NCBI GenBank assembly: GCA_963789865.1
Contig: CAWBMD010000002.1
Span: 619,257 to 683,256 of the forward strand
Length of the DNA: 64,000 nucleotides
Origin: an uncultured Chloroflexia bacterium
GTDB lineage: Bacteria; Chloroflexota; Limnocylindria; Limnocylindrales; CSP1-4
Reading direction: 5' to 3'
In this document: positions 10,553 to 19,035 of the stretch, one piece after another
Position numbering within the stretch: the stretch's first letter is position 1
How the letters are laid out: every line of letters begins with the position of its first letter
Translations under genes and position numbers: made by a program
The notes under the pieces: generated by a model
Told to the model about the DNA's origin: nothing
The model's input: the letters and a program-made list of their open reading frames with translations, nothing else
Databases searched by the model: none

Positions 10553-10639
10553 CGCGTGAGAACCTGTTGAGGGGAGCTCGCGTCGCACCGCGGCCTTCGT
10601 TGACCCCGCCGGCATGCCCCCCGACGGCGCGCCACCACC

Positions 10640-10920
10640 GAAGCCGGCCTGGCCGGCGCCCGCGGCCTTGGTTGGCGAAGCCGGCCTGGCCGGCGCCCGC
10701 GGCCTTGGTTGGCGAAGCCGGCCTGGCCGGCGCCCGCGGCCTTGGTTGGCGAAGCCGGCCTGGCCGGCGCCCGCGGCCTTGGTTTGCGAAGCCGGCGCCC
10801 CGGCGCCCGCGGCCTTGGTTGGCGAAGCCGGCCGGCCGGCGCCCGCGGCTTGGTTTGCGAAGCCGGCCGGCCGGCGCCCGCGGCCTTGGTTTGCGAAGCC
10901 GGCGCCCCGGCGCCCCGCTG
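10640..10920. repeat. Tandem array, about 7.7 copies of a 37-bp unit GAAGCCGGCCTGGCCGGCGCCCGCGGCCTTGGTTGGC
   Basis: Units at 10640, 10677, 10714 and 10751 are 37 nt each. Units at 10788, 10824 and 10859 are 35-36-nt variants, and a partial unit follows from 10895. Each unit holds the palindrome GCCGGCC-T-GGCCGGC. There are no spacers. Confidence 0.9.
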
Positions 10921-11084
10921 GTCGCGAGGAGGCCGAACCGTGCGGCGAGGACACGGTTCAGCCGCGAGGCGGTCAGAGGCGCACGTTCTCAGGTCCCGCC
11001 CGGACCCTCCCGATCCCTCCCGACCCTACGGGCGACTGGTTCGCGGCATCACCGCGCTGTTCGGTCGCTGGGCGGCCGGCCCGC

Positions 11085-11268
11085 GGAGCGGCAAGGGCGC
11101 GCGGAGCGGGAAGGGCGCCGGCGCGGGAGGAGCGGCCGGTAGGCGCGCGGAGAGGAGGGGCGATCGGCGCGGGGAGCGGGAAGGGCGCGGGAGGGAGGGG
11201 CGACCGGCGCGCGGAGAGGAGGGGCGATCGGCGCGGGGAGCGGGAAGGGCGCGGGAGGGAGGGGCGCG
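11085..11268. repeat. G-rich tandem repeat (64-bp period, about 2.9 copies) with multiple GGG/GGGG tracts
   Basis: 11143-11206 and 11207-11264 align with a 64-nt offset (GCGCGCGGAGAGGAGGGGCGATCGGCGCGGGGAGCGGGAAGGGCGCGGGAGGGAGGGGCGACCG). A degenerate copy lies at 11085-11142. The array abuts the stop of the FGGY kinase gene. Confidence 0.85.
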
Positions 11269-12672
11269 TCAGCGGTCGCCCGACCGCTGGAAGACGGGAC
11301 GGAGCGCCGGGTACAGGGCGAGGTACAGGCCGAAGGCATCGTCGTAGGCGGCACGTGTCGAGGGGTCCGGGTCCAGCCGCCTCGCGACGGCCGCCATCGA
11401 TGCCACCCCCGCCTCGAGGCTCGGCGCCGCACCAACGCCCGCCGCCGCGATGATCGCAGCGCCCAGCACCGCGGTCTCGCCCACCACGGGGATCGCCGCC
11501 GGCACGCCCAGGACGTCTGCCTTGATCCGCGCCCAGAGGTCTCCCGGGCTCGGCCGTCCGGCCAGGCGGAGCTCCCGGGCGGGCGCTCCGGCCGCCGCCA
11601 AGGGCTCCGCCACGTCGCGCATGGCGAACGCGGCGCCCTCCAGGACGGCCCGGAACAGGTGGGCGCGCCCGTGGGCCAGCGTGAGGCCGACGAACGCTCC
11701 GCGCGCACTGTCGTCGAAGACCGGCGCGCGCTCACCCGCGAGGTACGGAAGGAACGTGAGCCCCTGCGCCCCGGCCGGCACGGTCGCGGCCTCGGCGAAC
11801 AGCTCCTCTGCGGACCAGCGGTCCCCCAGCACGGAGCTCAGCAGCCACCCGACCGAGGCGCCCAACGCCGCCATCGCCCCACCCACGACCCAGCGCCCTG
11901 GGATCGGCGCCGGCGCCTGGTACAGGCCCGCGACCGGGAGCGGCACGGGACCGTCGGTGTAGATCGCGAGGCCGCCGGAGGTTCCCCCGGTATCCACCGC
12001 ATCGCCGGCGACCCGCAACCCGGCACCCAGCATGCTGGCCGCGCCGTCGTTGACCCCCGAGATCACCGGGATCCCGGCGCGCAGGCCCAGCGCTGCGGCT
12101 GCGCCCGGCCGCAGCGCCCCCAGCGGCGACCCGAACGGCCGTGCGGCGGGAACCTGCGGCGACCGGACCCCGGCGTGCGCGAGCGCCGCCTCGTCCGGCG
12201 CGGTCTCGTGGCCCTGGAGGGAGGATGCCGCTTCGCCGCTCAGCCACAGCCCGATCGCATCCCACGCAGGGAGCAGCCACGCTGCGCGCGCCACGGCTCC
12301 GGGATCCTCGCGGGCCAGCCAGGCCATCTTCGGGAGCAACCCGAACCCCGTCCCGCCGGCCCTGCGATCCTGCCACGTGATCGCCGGGCGGACGGGATCG
12401 CCCGCGGCGTCCACCGCCACCAGCGTCGGGCCCTGCGCGACGCCGCAGATCGCGACCACCTCGGCGGCGGCGACATCGATCCCCCGGACCGCCGTCGACA
12501 GCGCCGTCCACCAGGCACGTGGGTCCTGCTCGGCTCGCCCGTCGGCCCCGGCATCGGTGGGATACGACCCGCGCCCCAGTCCCAGCAGCCGTCCGTCCAG
12601 CCCGATCAGCGCGGCCTTTGCGTCGGTCGTCCCGACGTCCAGTCCGAGGACAGCCGGAACCCTGTCAGCCAT
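11269..12672 (-). CDS. FGGY-family carbohydrate kinase (xylulokinase/gluconokinase-like)
   Basis: ORF 11269..12807 trimmed to MADRVPAVLGLDVGTTDAKAAL. Also has ..TGGTSGG.. and ..LPYLAGERAP.. motifs. The start overlaps the upstream stop (ATGGCTGA). Confidence 0.85.
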   Translation of the reverse strand: MADRVPAVLGLDVGTTDAKAALIGLDGRLLGLGRGSYPTDAGADGRAEQDPRAWWTALSTAVRGIDVAAAEVVAICGVAQGPTLVAVDAAGDPVRPAITWQDRRAGGTGFGLLPKMAWLAREDPGAVARAAWLLPAWDAIGLWLSGEAASSLQGHETAPDEAALAHAGVRSPQVPAARPFGSPLGALRPGAAAALGLRAGIPVISGVNDGAASMLGAGLRVAGDAVDTGGTSGGLAIYTDGPVPLPVAGLYQAPAPIPGRWVVGGAMAALGASVGWLLSSVLGDRWSAEELFAEAATVPAGAQGLTFLPYLAGERAPVFDDSARGAFVGLTLAHGRAHLFRAVLEGAAFAMRDVAEPLAAAGAPARELRLAGRPSPGDLWARIKADVLGVPAAIPVVGETAVLGAAIIAAAGVGAAPSLEAGVASMAAVARRLDPDPSTRAAYDDAFGLYLALYPALRPVFQRSGDR

Positions 12673-14425
12673 CGACCGCGCCGGAGACGACGGTGGACAC
12701 GTCCTCCGGCAGGAGGAACCAGCGGAGGAGTTCGAAGTCCGGGCCGACGGCGCCGTCCGGGATCGTCGGGACAACGAGAGGCCTCGGCGGCAGGGAGAGC
12801 AGGTCACGCGCCTCGTCCAGGTACTCCGCGAGGCGGGTCACGGGCTCGTGATGCCGGTGGGACGGCCAGGTCATGGACCCGTCGCCGTAGTGGATGTCGA
12901 CCAGGGACAGCGGCGGCTCCGCGCGACCGGCCCGATGACGCCAGAGCCCCGTCGCGGCGTCGAACGCGTAGTCCGGCAGCAGACGCCAGCCCTCGGATGC
13001 CACGAGGTCCACCGCGTCGAGGACGAACTCGAACACCGCCTCGCTGATGAAGTAGTTGAAGTTCACCCGCACCCAGCCCGGCTTGATCCCCTCGCAGCCG
13101 CGGGCGATCTCGCGCTCGAACTCGTGGCTGGTCTCCGGGTCGATGCCCAGCAGCCGGTGACCGTACGGCCCGGCACACGAGCAGCCGCCGCGGGACTGGA
13201 TCCCGAACAGGTCGTTGAGCAGCGCGACCACGAAGTTGTGGTGCAGGTAGCGCCCATCCCGGCGGACGACAAAGGAGACGATCGACAGGCGCTCCGCCTG
13301 GTGGCTGCCGAGGATCTCGATGCCCGGGTTCGCCTCCCAGCGGTGGAGGGCGCGGCCGATGAAATCCTCCTCCCGCTCGCGGATCGCGTCCACGCCGACG
13401 GCTGCCTTGAGCTGGAACACGAGGCCCGCGCGGATTGACTCCACGATCGCAGGGGTGCCGCCCTCCTCGCGATGCTCGATGTCCGTGAGGTAGACGTGCT
13501 CCTCGGGGTTGACATATGCGACGGTGCCGCCGCCGGGCATCGACGGGACGCGATTCCGGAACAGGTCGCGGCGCGCGACGAGGACGCCGGGCGTGCCGGG
13601 GCCGCCGATGAACTTGTGGGGACTGATGAACACCGCGTCCTTGCAGGCAAGCGGGTCGTCGGCCGGGTCCATGTCGATCGCGACATACGGGGCCGCGGCC
13701 GCGAAGTCGAAGAACGAGAGCGCGCCGTGCTCGTGGAGGAGCCGGGAGATGGCGGCCGTGTTCGAGACGATGCCGGTCACGTTGGAGGCGGCCGAGAAGC
13801 TGCCGATCCTCAGCGGGCGTCCCTCGTACCGGACCAGCTCGTCGGCCAGCTGGTCGAGGTCGATCTCGCCGTCACGGTCCTCGTGGATCGTGACCACGTC
13901 GGCGATCGACTCCCGCCACGGGAGCTCGTTGCTGTGGTGCTCGTAGGGCCCGATGAACACGACGGGACGCTGGTCTGCCGGGATGTGCTGGCGGAGATCC
14001 CACCGGTCCGCGAGGTCCGCGGGCAGGCGCAGCTGGAGCACGTCCACGAGACGGTTGATCGCGGCCGTGGAACCGGAGCCCACGAAGATCACGGCGTGAC
14101 GGGCCGGATCTCCGCCCACGCCCTCGAGGACCAGCCGCCGCGCCTCCTCGCGGAATCGGCTCGTCTGGAGGCCCGTGCCGGAGGACTCCGTGTGCGTGTT
14201 CGCGTACAGCGGCAGGACCGCCTCGCGGATGTAGTCCTCGATGAACGAGAGGCTGCGGCCGGATGCCGTGTAGTCAGCGTACGTCACGCGCCGCATGCCG
14301 TATGGACCGGCGACCGCCTCGTCCTCGCCGATGACCGAGGCGCGGATCAGCTCGACGAGCGAGTTCGAGCCCGGCCGATCGCCGTCGTGGCGGTGCGGGC
14401 GAGCGGGCGCGGCGATCGGCTCCAT
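12665..14425 (-). CDS. Aminotransferase class V-fold PLP-dependent enzyme (large 586-aa cysteine-desulfurase-like family)
   Basis: Intact ORF with YANTHTESSGTG, SFSAASNVTG and the PLP-lysine context FISPHKFIGGPGTPG. Confidence 0.85.
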   Translation of the reverse strand: MEPIAAPARPHRHDGDRPGSNSLVELIRASVIGEDEAVAGPYGMRRVTYADYTASGRSLSFIEDYIREAVLPLYANTHTESSGTGLQTSRFREEARRLVLEGVGGDPARHAVIFVGSGSTAAINRLVDVLQLRLPADLADRWDLRQHIPADQRPVVFIGPYEHHSNELPWRESIADVVTIHEDRDGEIDLDQLADELVRYEGRPLRIGSFSAASNVTGIVSNTAAISRLLHEHGALSFFDFAAAAPYVAIDMDPADDPLACKDAVFISPHKFIGGPGTPGVLVARRDLFRNRVPSMPGGGTVAYVNPEEHVYLTDIEHREEGGTPAIVESIRAGLVFQLKAAVGVDAIREREEDFIGRALHRWEANPGIEILGSHQAERLSIVSFVVRRDGRYLHHNFVVALLNDLFGIQSRGGCSCAGPYGHRLLGIDPETSHEFEREIARGCEGIKPGWVRVNFNYFISEAVFEFVLDAVDLVASEGWRLLPDYAFDAATGLWRHRAGRAEPPLSLVDIHYGDGSMTWPSHRHHEPVTRLAEYLDEARDLLSLPPRPLVVPTIPDGAVGPDFELLRWFLLPEDVSTVVSGAVDG

Positions 14426-14482
14426 CGTGCCGAGCAGTCTAGGGGATGGACACCTGCAGGCGGGAGCGAGGGGCCTGCCCGG

Positions 14483-15937
14483 CTACGGCACCATCGCCGG
14501 GGCTAGGTCCTTGTAGCGGTAGCGGTCGAGGTCCACGTTGCCGCTGATCCCGGGCACGGTGCCGCTGGACGTGTACTGCCAGAACGTCCACCCCTCGCCG
14601 GCCCAGTTGGAGGCGGGCATCGTCGGCTGGGACGCGGTCGTCCAATGTGCGATCCACAACACCTGGTAGCCGCTCAGGGCCAATGTGGCCGTGTTGCCCA
14701 TGTACGTGGACCAGAACGACGGCGAGACGTAGATCGCCCCGCGGACGCCCGAGCGCTGGTAGACCCGGTCCATGAAGGTTTGGACCCATGCCTGGAGGTC
14801 GGTGACCTTGAGCCCCCCCGAGGTCTCGAGGTCGAGCACGGGGAGCAGGTCACCCTTCGCCGGCGTCGCGGTGTCGACGAAGTGGTCCGCCTCGGCGATC
14901 GCGTCACCAGGCGTCGCGTCCGGGCGCGCGAAGTGGTAGGCGCCAACCGGGATCCCTGCGGCCCTGGCCTGGGCGCGGTTTGCGGGGTACGAGGTGTCGA
15001 CGAACATCGTGCCGTTGGTGATCAGCCCGTCGGTCGCCTTCAGGAATGCGAACCTCTTGCCGGCCTTCGCGACGAGCGGCCAGTTGATGGTCCCCTGCCA
15101 GTGGCTGACATCGATCCCCTCGACCCAGGTCGGCGCTGGGGTCGCGGTGGGCGTGGGCGCGGGGGTGGGCTTGGGGGCGGGCGTGGGAGCGGCCGTCGGC
15201 GCGGGGGTGGGCTTCGGGGTCGGAACCGGCGAGGAGGCGGTATCGGTCGGCGCCCGGAACAGGCCCTTGGCTCCGTAGAGGACGGCGACCCCGTACAGCG
15301 CCTTGACCGTCTTCCCGTTGATGGAGGCGATCTGGTACCACGCCGTGCCGGTCGCGGCGGCGGCTCCGCATGTGGCGCTCCAGCGCGTCCCGGTGACCGT
15401 TCCGGTCGCGACGACCAGCGCGCCGGCCGCAAGCCGGGCCTTCGCGGTCGCGGTCGTGGAGGGACCCGTGCGGAGGTTGACGCCGGAGCAGGCGGCTGCG
15501 AGGTTGACCGGTGCGACGTATGTGCGAAACAGGCCGGTTGCGGCATAGAGATAGGTGACCCCGTAACGGGCCTTGACGGATACCCCGTTGATCGACGAGA
15601 TCCGGAACCAGCGGTTCCCCGAGACGCCGCCCCCGCAGCTGGAGGCCCATCGGCCGCCCGTCACGGTGGCCGACGCGACGACCCGGGTCCCGGCCGGAAC
15701 CTTGACCCGCACGCGCGCAGATGTGGATGCGCCGGTCCGGAGGTTGGCCACGCATTTCGCCTGGAGCGTCGTGGCGGCGAGCGCCTGCGACGGTCCGGAA
15801 CCCAGCGCCGCGGTGAGCACGAGGGCGACCGCCACCAGGACGGCAACCATCGCCGGCCGGGTCCGATGGACGGCAATCGGCCGGGCGGCGACTGCCGTCG
15901 CGGCAGGGAGCGGCGAGCGGCTGTCGGGCACGGGCAT
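14483..15937 (-). CDS. Secreted GH25 muramidase with two N-terminal SH3b-like repeats and a PT-rich linker
   Basis: Signal/TM MVAVLVAVALVLTAALG. A duplicated approx 85-aa module (..NLRTG.S....). Linker PVPTPKPTPAPTAAPTPAPKPTPAPTPTATPAPT. Catalytic domain GIDVSHWQGTINW..DLDRY. Confidence 0.85.
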   Translation of the reverse strand: MPVPDSRSPLPAATAVAARPIAVHRTRPAMVAVLVAVALVLTAALGSGPSQALAATTLQAKCVANLRTGASTSARVRVKVPAGTRVVASATVTGGRWASSCGGGVSGNRWFRISSINGVSVKARYGVTYLYAATGLFRTYVAPVNLAAACSGVNLRTGPSTTATAKARLAAGALVVATGTVTGTRWSATCGAAAATGTAWYQIASINGKTVKALYGVAVLYGAKGLFRAPTDTASSPVPTPKPTPAPTAAPTPAPKPTPAPTPTATPAPTWVEGIDVSHWQGTINWPLVAKAGKRFAFLKATDGLITNGTMFVDTSYPANRAQARAAGIPVGAYHFARPDATPGDAIAEADHFVDTATPAKGDLLPVLDLETSGGLKVTDLQAWVQTFMDRVYQRSGVRGAIYVSPSFWSTYMGNTATLALSGYQVLWIAHWTTASQPTMPASNWAGEGWTFWQYTSSGTVPGISGNVDLDRYRYKDLAPAMVP

Positions 15938-16068
15938 GGGCCTCCGGGGGCGGGTGAGAACCAGTCTCCACCCTCGTCCATTCGCGGTATATGGCCCGTT
16001 GGGGCCATGGACGCTGGGTGTATCGAACCATGCCCCGGGGGTCCGTGTCCAGCCGGACGGCGGGGAGC

Positions 16069-16097
16069 GTGACCCTCACGGCTTGCGTCGCTACAAT
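16069..16097 (+). promoter_or_regulatory. Promoter-like element; the -10 TACAAT lies 6 nt before the GTG start, implying a leaderless transcript
   Basis: GTGACC (16069-16074), a 17-nt spacer, TACAAT (16092-16097), then CGCCGG and GTG 16104. No SD sequence is present. Confidence 0.35.
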
Positions 16098-16103
16098 CGC
16101 CGG

Positions 16104-16568
16104 GTGTCCCGCCTGTACTCGCTCGACGATGCCAACGCCATGATTCCAGACGTCGCGGTGGTCACCGGTCGCCTCCGTGACCAGCGTGCCGAGCTGGTCG
16201 GGATCCGCGACGCATACCGGGATCGCGAGGGCATCCTGATCGAGGAGATGATCGCCGAGGGATCCTCATCGGCACCCGTCACGGAGCCGCTGGACGGTGA
16301 CGACCCCGAGCTCAGACGCCTGCGCCTCAGGATGCGCGGCCTCGTCGACCAGATGCAGGCTGACGTCGCCTGGCTGGACGAGCGCGCCATCGTCCTCCGC
16401 GAGATCTCGTCGGGTCTCCTCGACTTCCCCGCCCTCGTCGGCGGAGAGGAGGCGTGGCTCTGCTGGCGGCTGGGCGAGGATCGCGTGGGCTGCTGGCACC
16501 GGACGGACGAGGGCTTTGCCGGCCGTCGGCCGCTCGCCGCGGTCCCGGACGACCCGGCCCGAGCCTGA
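16104..16568 (+). CDS. DUF2203 family protein
   Basis: Tail of ORF 15573..16568 from the GTG: VSRLYSLDDANAMIPDVAVVTGRLRDQRAEL.. ..GLLDFPALVGGEEAWLCWRLGE. Confidence 0.7.
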   Translation: MSRLYSLDDANAMIPDVAVVTGRLRDQRAELVGIRDAYRDREGILIEEMIAEGSSSAPVTEPLDGDDPELRRLRLRMRGLVDQMQADVAWLDERAIVLREISSGLLDFPALVGGEEAWLCWRLGEDRVGCWHRTDEGFAGRRPLAAVPDDPARA

Positions 16569-16597
16569 CCGGGCGGCCTCGCCGCTACACTCGCCTC

Positions 16598-17059
16598 ATG
16601 TCCAAGCCAAGCCCGGCAGACCCCCGACGCGACCCGAGGCCTGCTGCCCGGCCCGGGCGAATCTGGCAGGGCGACCGCCAGAAGGCCTATCGCCCGCTCG
16701 CCCTGGCGCCGCGGCGCGCCGCGTTCGAGGCCGGCCTCGCCGCCTACGACCGCGGCGACTTCTTCGATGCCCACGAGGCCCTCGAGCCGGCCTGGATGGG
16801 CACGGACGACCTCGAGGAGCGCGCCCTCCACCAGGGCCTGATCAAGGTCGCCGCAGCCTATGTCCACGCCGTCCGCGGCAACCCCGAGGGGATCTCGAAG
16901 AACCTGGCGGGCGCCCGCCGCCACCTCGCGCTCGCGGGGACGTCCGGCACCCGCTGGGGCATCGACGTGCCCAGGCTGATCGCCGACGTCGACGCTCGTC
17001 TCGAGCGTCCGGACCTCGCTCTCGCCGCGCCCGTGATCCGGAGGACCGAACCCACATGA
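16598..17059 (+). CDS. DUF309 domain protein
   Basis: ORF 16454..17059 trimmed to MSKPS. Hallmark FEAGLAAYDRGDFFDAHEALEPAWMG .. LHQGLIKVAAAYVH. Confidence 0.75.
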   Translation: MSKPSPADPRRDPRPAARPGRIWQGDRQKAYRPLALAPRRAAFEAGLAAYDRGDFFDAHEALEPAWMGTDDLEERALHQGLIKVAAAYVHAVRGNPEGISKNLAGARRHLALAGTSGTRWGIDVPRLIADVDARLERPDLALAAPVIRRTEPT

Positions 17060-17424
17060 ACCGCCCCCAGGCGATCCCCGCGCTCGACCCGCTGTACGCC
17101 GACATCCGTCGCCGCGATCCCGTCCGCCCCGCGGTCATGCTCGACGTTCGCGAGCGTGACGAGTTCATGTCCGTCCGGATCGAAGGCTCGCTGTTCATCC
17201 CCATGTCCCAGCTGGGCGTCCGCCTCCAGGACATCCCGAGAGACCGGCCGATCATGGTCATCTGCGCATCGGGCAGCCGGTCGGTGAGCGCGACGGGGTA
17301 TCTCCTGTCCGCGGGCTGGGAGGACGTCGGCTCGGTGGCCGGCGGCATCTCCACGTGGGAGCGGATGGGCCTGCCGGTCAAGCGCGGCCCCGTCGAGCCG
17401 GGCGAGGGACAGCTGGCGGGCTGA
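17056..17424 (+). CDS. Rhodanese-like sulfurtransferase domain protein
   Basis: MNRPQAIP.. with the active-site loop VICASGSRS. The start overlaps the upstream stop (ATGA). Confidence 0.85.
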   Translation: MNRPQAIPALDPLYADIRRRDPVRPAVMLDVRERDEFMSVRIEGSLFIPMSQLGVRLQDIPRDRPIMVICASGSRSVSATGYLLSAGWEDVGSVAGGISTWERMGLPVKRGPVEPGEGQLAG

Positions 17425-17453
17425 GCACTGCCTCGCGAGACGAAGGCGTTGGC

Positions 17454-17479
17454 ATGCCCGCGCGGCCTGCCGCGGGCAT
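17454..17479. terminator. 9-bp GC hairpin between convergent genes (terminator candidate)
   Basis: ATGCCCGCG (17454-17462), an 8-nt loop, then CGCGGGCAT (17471-17479). Confidence 0.4.
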
Positions 17480-17565
17480 TCCCGGCTGCCCGCTCGAACG
17501 GTACCCGCATTCCAGGGACGAAGGGCAGCTCGCGACTCGGCGCCTGACGCGATGAACCCGGGCGC

Positions 17566-19032
17566 TCAGCCCTTGCGGTTGCCGCGACGCCGCTTGTCGA
17601 GGAAGGCGCGGACCTTCTCCTTGTGCGCGAAGGCCCACCCGACGAACAGCAGCAGGATGAAGTTGACCGCGCCCACGGTGGCCGCGTTGAGGTAGCCGAT
17701 CTGCTGGCCGACCTCGCCGTCCAGCTTGAGCGCCGGGATCGTCATCCCGAGGATGCCGAGCTGGAAGAACGGCGGCTGCGGGGCCAGGTTGGCGCGCGCC
17801 GCGCTGGCCGGTGAGCCCGGCGCGTCGTGCGGCCGCCGAGGATGAACGCCGTTCGACCCGGACGCCACCCCGCCGCCGCCCTCGAGCCCCTCGCCCAGGT
17901 TGAGCTGGGGCAGGTTGTTCCAGGCGGCGATGACGCCGTTCGGCGTCGGGGACGGCCCACCAGGTCTCGGGCTTCGGGCCCGACGGCGTCGGCGCCGCCC
18001 TGGACGTAGATCACGCCGTTGGCGGTGAAGCCGGCCATGTTCGGTCCGGGCGGCCGGCAGGTTCGTCTGCGCGCTGACCCGCCACGATTCGATGACGTTC
18101 GGGTCCTTGGCCGTCGCGGCGGGCCACCGCCGACCAGGCCCTGCTGGACCGTGGCGACCGGCGCTGCCCGAGAGGTTCCGGCCGCCGATGACGAAGATGA
18201 CGTCGCCGACGCGCATCGGCGACGCCGTCGACGTTCTCCTCGAACAAGCGGCCGCTGCGCCACCCACGGCTGCCATGCGCGCCGGTGAGGGCCTTGAGGC
18301 TCTTCCAGACGCTGCGGGTGGGTGCCGTGCCGTCGGTGCCGCCGACGACCACGATGCCCGTCCGAGACCGCGACGGCGCTGCGCGCCGGCCCGCGGCTCG
18401 GGCAGGGCCAGCGCGTCCTCGGTCTTCCACGTCGCCCAGCGTCCCGTCGTTGCCGATCGTCAGGCTGTAGGTGGTGGTGGTCGGGCTTGCCGTCGGGGCC
18501 GTAGCCGCCGATGACGTAGAGCGTGTTGCCCAGCACGACGTAGGCGGCGTCGGACCGCGCCTCGGGGAGCGCCGGGCCCTCCGACCACTTGTCGAGGTTG
18601 CCGAGGCCGACCGCGTGCGAGACGTACGTGGTCGCCACGGCCGCCTTGCCGTCGCTGCCGCCGGCGTAGAGGTATGTCGTCCCGATGAGGGCGGCCGCGC
18701 CGTCGGTCCGCGCCGGCCGGGAGCTGGATCTCGGCCGGCGACGGGTGCCACGGGAGGGTCGCGCCGAGCGGCGCGGGACACGGCAGGGTCTCGTTCTCGG
18801 GCGGGCAGAGGTTGACCGGCGACCAGACGAGCACGCCGATGTCGACGGTCTTCTGGACCGTGAAGTAGTAGGCGCGGTCGGGGATGTAGGCGAGCAGGAT
18901 GATGATCAGGACGAACCAGCCGAACGCCTTGACGATGGCCCAGGGCCAGCCGTCGGCGTCGAACAGGCCGAAGAACGCGCGGCGGCGGGCGGGCGGCACG
19001 ACGCGCGGGGCGGGGAGAGCGGTCTGTGCCAT
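17566..19032 (-). pseudogene. Kelch-repeat beta-propeller protein with N- and C-terminal TM helices; multiple frameshifts in this sequence
   Basis: The pieces sit in four overlapping minus ORFs. 18460..19032 holds MAQTALP..WFVLIIILLAYIPDRAYYF. 17742..18638 holds ..GNTLYVIGGYGPDGKP. 18011..18781 holds TTTTYSLTIGNDGTLG..IVVVGGTDG. 17566..18276 holds ..VIFVIGGRN.. and the C-terminal TM AVNFILLLFVGWAF. Confidence 0.7.
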
Positions 19033-19035
19033 CGC

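Noticed and set aside
10640-10920. Possible CRISPR array, because of regularly spaced 37-bp repeats
   Set aside because: The units are directly adjacent with no spacers, and no cas genes are nearby. This is a plain tandem repeat.
10373-11453. Long ORFs across the repeat arrays (10614..11453 +, 10709..11347 +, 10373..10954 -) encoding 37-aa periodic Ala/Gly/Pro/Arg repeats
   Set aside because: The periodicity arises because a 37-nt unit cycles through all three frames. Later units have 1-2-nt indels that a coding repeat would not tolerate. The composition is that of high-GC shadow ORFs.
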